A DNA stretch of 64,000 nucleotides, from the IMG/VR virus record IMGVR_UViG_3300042516_005475, positions 124,001 to 188,000 of that record; one strand, given 5' to 3'. Positions 54,349 through 63,247 of the stretch are shown here, piece after piece; the stretch's first letter is position 1; the number at the start of each line of letters is the position of its first letter. The translations under genes were made by a program, and so were the position numbers. The notes beneath the pieces are model-generated. The model made no database searches, was not told where the DNA came from, and worked only from the letters and a program-made list of their open reading frames with translations.

Positions 54349-54696
54349 ATGACTGTTGAACAATTAGCGAGAGATTATAAGCAGCTAATGGCTGTGACTA
54401 ATTCTCTCGCTTCTGCCTTGCAGAGCATTGATATCTTTCAGAAGTATAACGAAGAATCTACATTAGCTACTCGTAGAATCTGGAGCAATTATAACTGTTG
54501 GCTATACAAAGGTGAGGCTATTGCCAATGTTAATGCAGAACAGATAGAACTTTCAGTTGCAAAGTTTGAAGATTTAATGCATACTGTTAACAGCAACCAA
54601 GAGCTTAAAATGCTCTTGCAAGGCATTGAAATTGAAAAGATAAACGAACCTGATATTCAAGATGAAGCACCAAATAGATACGATGACATCTATTAA
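54349..54696 (+). CDS. Hypothetical protein
   Basis: ORF track; TTGATT..TATAAT upstream. Confidence 0.55.
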   Translation: MTVEQLARDYKQLMAVTNSLASALQSIDIFQKYNEESTLATRRIWSNYNCWLYKGEAIANVNAEQIELSVAKFEDLMHTVNSNQELKMLLQGIEIEKINEPDIQDEAPNRYDDIY

Positions 54697-54929
54697 TAAC
54701 CTCGTTAAAGGATATGAGAATACCATTGGTATGCTTAGGATTCAAAACGAGCAATTGCGAATAGATTTAGACGAACTACGTAAAGAAAATCTATTGTTGA
54801 GAGTAGAATTGTCTGAAATAACTAAAAAGAGAAAGAAGAAGGTTTTGAGCTTCCATTGAAGAATGCCTTGTTTCTTGACACATCTTGGTACGGAATAGAT
54901 TTGTGTGCCAAAAGAATTCTGAATTTCTC

Positions 54930-54958
54930 TGGACTTTCCTCTGCAGGTCCTTCATAAT
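54930..54958 (+). promoter_or_regulatory. TTCCT-box sigma70-like promoter
   Basis: TGGACT-TTCCT..17..CATAAT; ATG at 54966. Confidence 0.7.
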
Positions 54959-54965
54959 CTCTTTA

Positions 54966-55064
54966 ATGAATGAGATGCTTGATGCTCAGGATAGCCTCTA
55001 CGATGTTGCTTTCGTCTCTGCAGAAGAGTATTATGAGGAAATGCAGCCGTTAGATTTAAACTAA
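54966..55064 (+). CDS. 32-aa acidic peptide, absent from the ORF track
   Basis: MNEMLDAQDSLYDVAFVSAEEYYEEMQPLDLN*, directly after a promoter. Confidence 0.5.
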   Translation: MNEMLDAQDSLYDVAFVSAEEYYEEMQPLDLN

Positions 55065-55116
55065 TTTTAAACTACGTTATTTGTATTTTATTTGTATTTA
55101 GATTAAATATAACTGT

Positions 55117-55419
55117 ATGTTTTGCCGCATTTTAAGCCTTTTTAGATCGAAGCAGATATTGTTTCTGAATGTTGATTCTTTTAAAGAAATTAGTAAGCAG
55201 AACATACAAATCTTAGAAAACCAAAAAACAATTATGGCAGCTATCGATAACCTCAATGAAGCACTACAACGCCTAGCAAAGGCAACTGACACCGCAGTGA
55301 CTGTTCTCAATACTCCTCACCCAACCGAGGAAGCTATTCAGGCTGCTGCTGACCTAGTTCAAGCTCAGGCTCAACGTCTCGAGTCTGCAAGCGATAATGA
55401 TCCTAGCACAATCGCCTAA
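55117..55419 (+). CDS. Ala-rich coiled-coil hypothetical protein
   Basis: ORF track; followed by a terminator. Confidence 0.55.
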   Translation: MFCRILSLFRSKQILFLNVDSFKEISKQNIQILENQKTIMAAIDNLNEALQRLAKATDTAVTVLNTPHPTEEAIQAAADLVQAQAQRLESASDNDPSTIA

Positions 55420-55425
55420 ATCGTA

Positions 55426-55454
55426 GCCGCTGGAGAAATCTGGCGGCATTTTTT
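55426..55454 (+). terminator. Rho-independent terminator
   Basis: gccgctgga-gaaa-tctggcggc followed by T-tract. Confidence 0.8.
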
Positions 55455-55886
55455 ATGTTCAAAAATAAAGGGTTTACAATATTAGAGATACTCTTAACAG
55501 TAGCCCTTTTAGCAACATTAATTGGTGTAGTGTCCTTTAACTTCAATAGTTTATCAGATTCTGCTCAATACAAAGAAGCCAAAGAGAATCTAAAGACTCA
55601 CTTAATAAGTCAGAAGTATAAGGCTGCTTATGAGCAGAAGGAGATTGAAGTTGATCTGAGTGTGGCAACAAATGATCTTAACATAGTAGATGCCACTAAG
55701 ATAGTATTCTTCTCTGATGGTTCAGTTGAAGAGAGCTATATAATAGTAAGCTCTTTAGATGGTAAATATACTAACAAGATAGTAATTAATGTTATAGGTT
55801 ATGTATCAGAGCAAGATACTTTCGATATTCTACCTATTGAGTCTAAAGACAGGTTACCGATAGAAAATTATGAAGAGTCTTTTTAA
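55455..55886 (+). CDS. Prepilin-type (type IV pilin/pseudopilin-like) protein
   Basis: KNKG^FTILEILLTVALL class III signal with Glu5. Confidence 0.85.
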   Translation: MFKNKGFTILEILLTVALLATLIGVVSFNFNSLSDSAQYKEAKENLKTHLISQKYKAAYEQKEIEVDLSVATNDLNIVDATKIVFFSDGSVEESYIIVSSLDGKYTNKIVINVIGYVSEQDTFDILPIESKDRLPIENYEESF

Positions 55887-56030
55887 ATGGATAAAGTGGC
55901 ATTGCTATGATATATTTGTTTGTGAGCACGTCAAAGGAGAAGGTATTCTCGTTGACGTTGGACGTAACAAATGTTGGTGGTGTACTAAATGCGGTTTATT
56001 AATCGAAACTTGTAACGGACCTTTTTTCTT

Positions 56031-56387
56031 ATGGAAATTGACGAATTTATTGAAACGGAAACTGGCAAAAAAGCCATAAAGGCAATTGAAGAGCAAAAGA
56101 AAGAACTCTATGATAATTGGGGGTACACTAAAGAAGAGCTCGATCACATTGAGTTGTGTATGCTTAGGATTACTAATGAGATGTATCTAACATCAGAAGA
56201 GTGGGAAGAAGATGCTAGGCATTACCTTAAGATTATTGATAAGTATCGCAAGCTATTACTTCAGATTGCTAATGCTGCAGGTGTAAAGAGTCCAGTTGTT
56301 GATAGTACAACTGTAATGGAAGAAGCTATGTTTTATACTTTGCCTCAAGAAGTTAGGCAGATAAAAGAAAGAGCAGACTGGAATTAG
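56031..56387 (+). CDS. Hypothetical protein
   Basis: ORF track. Confidence 0.55.
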   Translation: MEIDEFIETETGKKAIKAIEEQKKELYDNWGYTKEELDHIELCMLRITNEMYLTSEEWEEDARHYLKIIDKYRKLLLQIANAAGVKSPVVDSTTVMEEAMFYTLPQEVRQIKERADWN

Positions 56388-56393
56388 ACGAGG

Positions 56394-56429
56394 TTCCTGC
56401 TGGCGGTTCCTACGGTTTGCAGCCATAAT
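56394..56429 (+). promoter_or_regulatory. TTCCT-box sigma70-like promoter
   Basis: TTCCTGC-TGGCGG-TTCCT..17..CATAAT; ATG at 56439. Confidence 0.7.
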
Positions 56430-56438
56430 CTTTACACA

Positions 56439-56651
56439 ATGAAGACGATGCAAATGGAAAAAGCCCTCGACTCAATCTCCGAGCAGCTGTTTGATCGTAG
56501 CCGCTCGCTTTCAATGTTCAATCTCGAATGCCCTACTTGCGGTGGAACCATCAGCAAGTTTCGAGACGAACTCTCTGAGCGCGAATACCGTATCTCGGGT
56601 ATGTGCCAAAAGTGTCAGGATGAAGTCTTTTCCGAGATTCCTGAAGAATAA
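56439..56651 (+). CDS. Small zinc-ribbon early protein
   Basis: CPTC...FRDELSEREYRISGMCQKCQD. Confidence 0.7.
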   Translation: MKTMQMEKALDSISEQLFDRSRSLSMFNLECPTCGGTISKFRDELSEREYRISGMCQKCQDEVFSEIPEE

Positions 56652-56653
56652 GC

Positions 56654-56682
56654 TTGAGGTTCCTGAGCTTTCGGCCTATACT
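56654..56682 (+). promoter_or_regulatory. TTCCTG-box sigma70-like promoter
   Basis: TTGAGG-TTCCTG..17..TATACT. Confidence 0.78.
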
Positions 56683-56700
56683 GATTATAGAAAATAAGAT

Positions 56701-56940
56701 ATGAACTTGTTTACTTACAACGAAACTGAAAACTGGTACGAGTACTTTGACAAAGTCAATCTGCAGCTCACAGTTTACTCTGTGGAAGTTGAAAGCAACT
56801 GTGTAACTGTTCTTAATGGTCGTTCACCTATTCTTCAGAAGAGTATGGAGATGGCTAAGTCTAATATTAACTGGACTAAAGAAGAATCTTTCGGTATTGA
56901 GTTCATTAAAATGTTGAATCACGCTATTTCTAATAACTAA
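56701..56940 (+). CDS. Small hypothetical protein
   Basis: ORF track. Confidence 0.55.
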   Translation: MNLFTYNETENWYEYFDKVNLQLTVYSVEVESNCVTVLNGRSPILQKSMEMAKSNINWTKEESFGIEFIKMLNHAISNN

Positions 56941-56941
56941 A

Positions 56942-57166
56942 ATGACATCTATTATTACTGATGATTTTCTCCAAGAGAAGATCTGGCAGAACGAATCATT
57001 CGAAAACGCAAAGGCTGAGTTTATCAACCTTATTAAGTCAGTCAATATCAATCAAAAGGATAAGATGAAGATGGTGCGAGAGGCTATGAATGTCTCTACA
57101 AAAATAAAGCTTGATCAGTATGCTTTGAATGCCAAGTTTAAGTTTGAAGGTTTGGGGGTTATCTAA
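56942..57166 (+). CDS. Small hypothetical protein
   Basis: ORF track. Confidence 0.55.
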   Translation: MTSIITDDFLQEKIWQNESFENAKAEFINLIKSVNINQKDKMKMVREAMNVSTKIKLDQYALNAKFKFEGLGVI

Positions 57167-57167
57167 T

Positions 57168-57365
57168 ATGAAGAATCTTTTATATATGTTAGCGGTCGCG
57201 ATTGTAGTATTCCTAATAGAGGCTTTACTCATTAAGTACTTGTGGAACTTGTTGTTTCCAGAAATGTTTAATGCTCCATTCTTGGATTTCTGGCAGGCCT
57301 TGAGTATTCTGTTGTTATGTAACATCTTGTTTAAGACTCACTCAATAAAGAAATCAGAAGATTGA
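57168..57365 (+). CDS. Small 2-TM membrane protein
   Basis: LWNLLFPEMF...FWQALSILLL pattern. Confidence 0.6.
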   Translation: MKNLLYMLAVAIVVFLIEALLIKYLWNLLFPEMFNAPFLDFWQALSILLLCNILFKTHSIKKSED

Positions 57366-57369
57366 GAAT

Positions 57370-57395
57370 GGCTACAGAGAAATCTGTAGCCTTTT
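57370..57395 (+). terminator. Rho-independent terminator
   Basis: ggctacaga-gaaa-tctgtagcc followed by T-tract. Confidence 0.8.
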
Positions 57396-57419
57396 ATTTT
57401 TTACATATAAATATCTAGT

Positions 57420-58007
57420 ATGATTGATGATGTTTTAACAAGAAGCTCTTATAAAAACATTTGCCTACAGCAAAGAGAAGAGGTTAAAAACGTGTTCCCT
57501 GTATTGTTAAATAACATACTACCAAATAGAATTATTGAAGTAGGTACTGGACATGGTGGTTTAACATTGTTCTTAAGGGATAATTTACCATCAACCTCAG
57601 ATGTTTATTCTTTTGATATTGTTGAAAGTGTTTATCATAAAGATTTAAGAGATAATAAAATTAATATTTTTAATGGAAATATTTTTGAAGAAAAAACAGA
57701 TTGGAATGAATTTATTTTAAAACAAGAATGGGAGCATTTATTTAACGTTAGCCCCAAAATTGTTATATGTGATGGAGGTTTCAAGCGAGGAGAGTTTAAT
57801 GGTTTAGCAAAATATTTAAATATTGGGGATATTATAATGCTGCATGATTATAGTACTGATAGAGAGTCTTTTGAAAAGTTAAACGTTTGGAATTGGTTAG
57901 AGTGTCAATATTCAGAAATTAAAAAAAGCTGTGAAACTTATAACCTAATACCTTACATGCACGAAGAATTTCTAAATGTAGCGTGGGGATGTTTTCAAAA
58001 AAAATAA
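57420..58007 (+). CDS. SAM-dependent methyltransferase (CmcI/Methyltransf_24-like)
   Basis: IIEVGTGHGG...YSFDI...ICDGG...GDIIMLHD. Confidence 0.75.
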   Translation: MIDDVLTRSSYKNICLQQREEVKNVFPVLLNNILPNRIIEVGTGHGGLTLFLRDNLPSTSDVYSFDIVESVYHKDLRDNKINIFNGNIFEEKTDWNEFILKQEWEHLFNVSPKIVICDGGFKRGEFNGLAKYLNIGDIIMLHDYSTDRESFEKLNVWNWLECQYSEIKKSCETYNLIPYMHEEFLNVAWGCFQKK

Positions 58008-58008
58008 T

Positions 58009-58626
58009 ATGTCTTTACAATTAATAAAAAAACACATTACCCCTCTTTCAATTCTTGATATTGGAGCTAATCACGGCCAATTTTATTGTGAAGCAAGAAA
58101 GATTTTTCCAGATAGTTATTTTTATTTAATAGAGGGTAACCCATACTGCGAACCTGCTCTTAAAGGTTTTGAGATAGATTACACTATAGCTCTCTTAAGT
58201 GATAAAGAAAAAGAAGTAGATTTTTTTATAAGAAATGGAGAAACAAGTTGTACAGGAAATTCTATTTATAAAGAAGATTCTGATTTTTATAAAGAGGGAA
58301 GCTACTTTAAAAAACAACTTTTCACTAAAACTTTAGACTCTGTATTACAAGAGAAAAGATTCGACTTAATAAAATTAGATGTACAAGGATCAGAATTAGA
58401 TATAATAAGAGGTGGTTTAGATATAGTTAAAGCAGCAAAAGCCTTGCTTTTAGAGGTAGCAGTAACCGATTTTAACATAGGTGCACCTAAAAAAGAAGAA
58501 GTTTTTCAATACCTCGCTTCTATTGGTTTTGAGCCAGTAGAAAAAATAGCTGATTTAAACCATCCTATTTTGCATACTTTAGTACAGCAGGATTTTTTAT
58601 TCTTAAATAAATCATATGATAAATAA
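58009..58626 (+). CDS. FkbM-family methyltransferase
   Basis: ILDIGANHG...IEGN...IKLDVQGSELDIIRG; paralog of 41871..42479. Confidence 0.9.
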   Translation: MSLQLIKKHITPLSILDIGANHGQFYCEARKIFPDSYFYLIEGNPYCEPALKGFEIDYTIALLSDKEKEVDFFIRNGETSCTGNSIYKEDSDFYKEGSYFKKQLFTKTLDSVLQEKRFDLIKLDVQGSELDIIRGGLDIVKAAKALLLEVAVTDFNIGAPKKEEVFQYLASIGFEPVEKIADLNHPILHTLVQQDFLFLNKSYDK

Positions 58627-59302
58627 TATTTCTATTGTAAGTGTTCTTTTCGACTATCCTGAGCACTATTACCCTACTTTTTATAATAACGCTAAAAAGT
58701 ACTTTCCGCTGGAAAATATTCATGTTGCGAGATACTCAAAGCTAATGGAGTTTATTTGTTATTACGATAAGCTTTATTTTTATAAAATTGAAAAACTTCT
58801 AGAATATGTAAAAGATAACATAAAAACAGAATATATGTTATTTTTAGATGCTACAGATACAAATTTTTTAAAAGACCCATCAAATTTAGAAACAGATTTT
58901 AAAAACTATAACTGTTCAATTTTATTTTGTGCAGAAAGGGGCTTGTGGCCACCTACAGATTATAATCACTTATATAGTAATAAGAGAGTAATTTCAGAAA
59001 AGAAATATTTAAACTCTGGAGCTTATTTTGGGTATACAAAAAAAATTATTGAGTGTTTGGAAGAGATAATTCAAGACCCTAGAGCTCATAAAGATGATCA
59101 AGCAAAATGGGCTATACAATATTTACACAAAGAAGATATAGTAATAGATCAAGAATGTAATATTTTCTTTAGTTCTTATTTAAACAAGAACGATGTAATT
59201 TTTCATGACACCCACCCTAGTTTAAATAATTTAAATGCTTATATTGTTCATGATAACGGCGGTTATACTGAAGATACTTTAAAATTGGTACCTTTCTTTT
59301 AA
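58616..59302 (+). CDS. GT-A glycosyltransferase (PLOD GT-domain-like)
   Basis: LFLDATD, FCAERGLWP, YLNSGAYFG, DDQ, IDQECNIF, IVHDNG. Confidence 0.75.
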   Translation: MINNISIVSVLFDYPEHYYPTFYNNAKKYFPLENIHVARYSKLMEFICYYDKLYFYKIEKLLEYVKDNIKTEYMLFLDATDTNFLKDPSNLETDFKNYNCSILFCAERGLWPPTDYNHLYSNKRVISEKKYLNSGAYFGYTKKIIECLEEIIQDPRAHKDDQAKWAIQYLHKEDIVIDQECNIFFSSYLNKNDVIFHDTHPSLNNLNAYIVHDNGGYTEDTLKLVPFF

Positions 59303-59305
59303 ATT

Positions 59306-60289
59306 ATGAAAACAATTAGAATTACTCGGCAAGGCTTCCCAAATCATGGTCAACACAGCTGGCCATCCTACTTTAAATTTATTTTATCAAAAAAGTATAA
59401 TGTTATTTTAGATCCTATAAACCCTGATATAATTATTCAAACGGATCTATGTAATGATAGTACAAAAGTAGATTCCTATACTAATCATTTACCTACTTAT
59501 TTTAATGCTTCTGACAAAAATAAGAAATTTATTTACATCTCAGGAGAAGCTGCTGATTTTCATAGTGGTTTAATTAATAACGATAACTGTTGGTCTTTAG
59601 GCTATCAAAAATTTTCTCACCCTCGTTATTTAAGACAACCTTCCTGTGTACTTGATGTTTGGACCCTTTTTGATGAGGCTAGGGTTGTAGACTCTCCTTT
59701 GAATTGGCTGACTCAAAAGAGAAATTTTGAGCAAATTTCCAAGAGAAATAATAAATTTTGCTGTATAACTCAATCAAGTAATGTTGAATATAGAGGCAAA
59801 GTATTCGATAAACTTACTGAATATAAAACTGTAGACTCCTCAGGACCTTGGAGACAAAACCTATCAGGTAACGAAACTCTTAATAAGTACCAATGGATTA
59901 ACCCTATTTATACAGGCAGAATGGATGGTTTAACATACAGAGAAAAAATAGAGTTCTTTAAAAAATACAAATTTAATATTGCAATACATTTAACTAACAC
60001 TGATTATATTGTTCAAGAAAAAATATACCATTCATTTTTTAGTGGTTGTATACCAATATTTTTTGGTAATAAATACATTCTTGAAGAGGGTTTTAACCCA
60101 GATAGTTTTATAAATTTACATGATTACTCTGATTTAAATTCTTTTCTAGAGCTTGTAAAAAATATAGACAACGATCAGAATCTATATAAAAAGTATATTG
60201 AATCTCCAATTTTTATAAATAATAAGTTACCAGAGTATTTTGACTTTGATTACACATTATCATTTTTAGAAAAAATTATAGAAGCCTAA
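59306..60289 (+). CDS. GT10 alpha-1,3-fucosyltransferase-like protein
   Basis: YISGE, KFCC, KIEFFKKYKFNIA, YIVQEKIYHSF...CIPIFFG, FNPDSFIN. Confidence 0.82.
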   Translation: MKTIRITRQGFPNHGQHSWPSYFKFILSKKYNVILDPINPDIIIQTDLCNDSTKVDSYTNHLPTYFNASDKNKKFIYISGEAADFHSGLINNDNCWSLGYQKFSHPRYLRQPSCVLDVWTLFDEARVVDSPLNWLTQKRNFEQISKRNNKFCCITQSSNVEYRGKVFDKLTEYKTVDSSGPWRQNLSGNETLNKYQWINPIYTGRMDGLTYREKIEFFKKYKFNIAIHLTNTDYIVQEKIYHSFFSGCIPIFFGNKYILEEGFNPDSFINLHDYSDLNSFLELVKNIDNDQNLYKKYIESPIFINNKLPEYFDFDYTLSFLEKIIEA

Positions 60290-61056
60290 TGAAATATTGC
60301 TTTACCACCTTAGCTGTAGGAGAACCTTACGAATCTAAAACTAAAGAGTTCTTTTCAAATTTAATAACTCGTACTAGTAATTGTGATTTTTTTGTTACTA
60401 CTACTAATACAGAACTATCTCATGAAAGCGATAGAGTTAAAATAAATGTTATAAATCCACCATCTTTAAGAACTACTCATGATAGGCTTGGTTTTAACTT
60501 TCATTTAAATTTAAAATGTTTATCTCTTAAACATGTATTAAATCACCAAAAAGAAATGTTAAAACAGGATACTTCCTTTGAAAATTATGATTTTGTTATA
60601 TTTTGCGACGGAGATTGGTCGATGCATGAGGAATTTTCTGAAGAAAAAATCCTTTCAATGCTAGAACGTTTAAAAAATGAAGATATTGATTTTCTCTTTG
60701 AAAGACCAGCTGGGATAGGGGGAGCAAAAAGTGACCCACAGCAATGTTTTTTTAGAAATAAATTAGAGGATTATGATGTTTTCTCTCATAACAAGTGGGA
60801 TGAGGCTCATGTACCTAATGAACAGTTTCTAGTTTTTAAAAATAACAACAAGTTTAAGTTTTTTGTACAAAGATGGGAAATGTTCCTTTGGTACTGTATT
60901 GCTAATGATATTACTAGTTACCCTGATGGGTTTGAGATTGGTGTTTCAGCGCACGAGGCTGATATGAAATATGCTTATTACGGTTATTTTAATTACCATT
61001 TAACAAACTGTTTTTCTTTTTTAAACAAATACGGAGATAAAAGTATTAGATTTTAA
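60289..61056 (+). CDS. Glycosyltransferase-like hypothetical protein
   Basis: IFCDGD DxD-type motif, NEQFLVF, DGFEIG. Confidence 0.55.
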   Translation: MKYCFTTLAVGEPYESKTKEFFSNLITRTSNCDFFVTTTNTELSHESDRVKINVINPPSLRTTHDRLGFNFHLNLKCLSLKHVLNHQKEMLKQDTSFENYDFVIFCDGDWSMHEEFSEEKILSMLERLKNEDIDFLFERPAGIGGAKSDPQQCFFRNKLEDYDVFSHNKWDEAHVPNEQFLVFKNNNKFKFFVQRWEMFLWYCIANDITSYPDGFEIGVSAHEADMKYAYYGYFNYHLTNCFSFLNKYGDKSIRF

Positions 61057-61994
61057 AGCCAATTATTTAAATTTAATATACTGTATGTCTTATCTAAAGA
61101 AGGTTTTAGAGAAAGATTCTTTTCATAATATTCTCTAGCATTTTTAGAAATAAAAGCTAATAATCTCTCATTAGATATAACTTCAAAATATTTCTCCATA
61201 AATTTATCAGCATGTTCTTTTGTACCTGTTCTATAAAGAGTCATATCATGAGGTCTAGGTATAGATATATAATGATAGTTTGGGATTAACGGCTCACTTA
61301 AAATAGATTCATATTCATACCTAATTATAGGTACCCCGCACCCAAAACATTCTACATCTCTATAACAAAACTCACCCCTACCGTCTATAGAAATAGCGAG
61401 TTTGTGAGTAATCAATTGATTAAAATAATCATTAGGGTTAGTAGGAGCAAAATCAGTTACATAATTTTTATCTAAGTGGGATAAAAATGATCTATCTTGA
61501 ATAGATGTTCCTTTAAAAAATAAAGTATTGCTCTTTTCTTTAATATATTGTCTCTTATAATAAAACATATCTAAATTATCAAAAAGAGACTGAAAATATA
61601 TCCAAGGTTTATATTTGTAAAAGAATTCCCCTGCATGGGATTTTACCTTGCTAGGATTAAATTGAGAAAACAATATAGACTTACAAAATGGGTTTTCTTT
61701 CTCATTTAAAGAGGCGTGAGAGAAATCATCAGATACTGAAATAACATGAAACTCTCCTGTGTCTGCGTTTTCAATTACATACTCACACTCTAACAAGAGA
61801 AAGTTGTTTGAAATACTGTTTTTTAATTGCACTTGCCATCTTTCTCTATCAGCTCCCTCAAAATATCTATTTTCTTCAACCTCAAAATTTTTTTTTAAAA
61901 AATGAGTAAAACTATCCCAGAAAAAATTATAATTTCTAAAATATCTTGTTTTTTCATTGCAAGGATTATGTACTATAATTTTAGGTTTACCCAT
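61053..61994 (-). CDS. GT-B glycosyltransferase-like protein
   Basis: LFFKG...LAISIDGRGEFCYRDVECFGCGVP...LIPNYHY. Confidence 0.6.
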   Translation of the reverse strand: MGKPKIIVHNPCNEKTRYFRNYNFFWDSFTHFLKKNFEVEENRYFEGADRERWQVQLKNSISNNFLLLECEYVIENADTGEFHVISVSDDFSHASLNEKENPFCKSILFSQFNPSKVKSHAGEFFYKYKPWIYFQSLFDNLDMFYYKRQYIKEKSNTLFFKGTSIQDRSFLSHLDKNYVTDFAPTNPNDYFNQLITHKLAISIDGRGEFCYRDVECFGCGVPIIRYEYESILSEPLIPNYHYISIPRPHDMTLYRTGTKEHADKFMEKYFEVISNERLLAFISKNAREYYEKNLSLKPSLDKTYSILNLNNWL

Positions 61995-62072
61995 AATAAT
62001 ACTGATACTTATATTAAGCCTATATTTTTCAAGCTAAGTTGATTATTTAAAATAAAGGACTATAATATTCCT

Positions 62073-62282
62073 ATGACCAAGGTAGAACATCAGGAGCTAA
62101 TTAACAAACTTGCCATGATTGGCTATCATGCTGATGGAGAGGATAAAGATGCAGTATTCTTAGCCATTGCTGCTTCTTATTCATTACCTTATGAAAAGTT
62201 AGATATATTAAAACAGCATGCAGAAGAGGTGGTCAACAATCAAACACTCTTGAATGTAGATCTAATTCTTGAAACCATCTAA
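62073..62282 (+). CDS. Small hypothetical protein
   Basis: ORF track; TTGATT-16-TATAAT upstream. Confidence 0.55.
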   Translation: MTKVEHQELINKLAMIGYHADGEDKDAVFLAIAASYSLPYEKLDILKQHAEEVVNNQTLLNVDLILETI

Positions 62283-62499
62283 ATTAAAAGTATATCCAGG
62301 GTGTAAGATTAAGTTTGATCTAAAACACTCTCCTTACTTAAAGGGTTTGGGTACAATATTAGAAATTTATACTGGGGTAGGCATACCTTGTATCTATTCT
62401 GTTGAGATAGAAGAAGTAGAGGGGCACTACATTTATCAAGCCGGGGATAGTATTTTTGTGTTTCAGCACGAAATTGAAAAACTAGTTTATTTTGTTTAA
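62269..62499 (+). CDS. Small SH3/KOW-like hypothetical protein
   Basis: ORF track. Confidence 0.5.
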   Translation: MKPSKLKVYPGCKIKFDLKHSPYLKGLGTILEIYTGVGIPCIYSVEIEEVEGHYIYQAGDSIFVFQHEIEKLVYFV

Positions 62500-62538
62500 C
62501 CTTCTTGATTCTTTATTTTCTCTCTATAAAATTATTTT

Positions 62539-62730
62539 ATGAACAAATTCGAATACTATTGTTGTTGGCTAGATGTTTTTAATGCTCAATCTCTGCAAGA
62601 GTTCCTCGATGAAAAGGGCTCTCAGGGATGGCAAATCGATAGAACTTTACCAAGTAAAGACCCTAACGATTATAAGACTCTGTTTATATTTAAAAAAGAA
62701 CTGCGGGAAATAATTGATGTAATTACATGA
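62539..62730 (+). CDS. DUF4177-like small protein
   Basis: FEY...LDEKGSQGWQI...FIFKK. Confidence 0.6.
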   Translation: MNKFEYYCCWLDVFNAQSLQEFLDEKGSQGWQIDRTLPSKDPNDYKTLFIFKKELREIIDVIT

Positions 62731-62912
62731 TTAAAGAAGATATTGAACAATTAAAGTCTTATAGAGCTATGCTATCTAAGATTAGTGAGGTAGTAGAAGA
62801 GTTCTGTGATACAGAAGAAAGTACTACTCTCGATTGTATTTTAGAGATGAAGGCTCAGCTTTTCGAGGCAAAGGCTCAGCTTCTCCGCAAAAGAAAAACG
62901 ATTCAATTCTGA
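62727..62912 (+). CDS. Small hypothetical protein
   Basis: ORF track. Confidence 0.5.
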   Translation: MIKEDIEQLKSYRAMLSKISEVVEEFCDTEESTTLDCILEMKAQLFEAKAQLLRKRKTIQF

Positions 62913-62920
62913 AGAAAGGC

Positions 62921-62972
62921 TTGCCGTTCCTGGCAGGAACCTGTATACTTTTTGTAGAAAAATTAATAAATA
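62921..62972 (+). promoter_or_regulatory. Tandem TTCCTG-box promoter and late ATAAATA element
   Basis: TTGCCG-TTCCTG..17..TATACT (62921-62949); ATAAATA 62966-62972; ATG 62978. Confidence 0.75.
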
Positions 62973-62977
62973 ATTGT

Positions 62978-63247
62978 ATGCCTTACAATAACGATTTCAA
63001 CCGTATTTCTAAGAGCTATACTTCTCTTAAGGAGAACGAGGCTGCAATGAAGATGCTGTTTGAGAATTTTGATATTACTGAAGAAGAATTTAAGAATGCT
63101 CCTCTTATCTCTACAATTGAAGAAATGAACACGCTGCTAGAAAAGCGAGGCGATATTTCTTGTAGTGTTTCTATTAACGAGAGCAATGGTAAAGATACAT
63201 CAGTTGTTACTTTGAAGTACTTGGCACAAGGAGAAGATATTGTATGA
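62978..63247 (+). CDS. Acidic hypothetical protein
   Basis: Start moved to ATG 62978. Confidence 0.55.
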   Translation: MPYNNDFNRISKSYTSLKENEAAMKMLFENFDITEEEFKNAPLISTIEEMNTLLEKRGDISCSVSINESNGKDTSVVTLKYLAQGEDIV

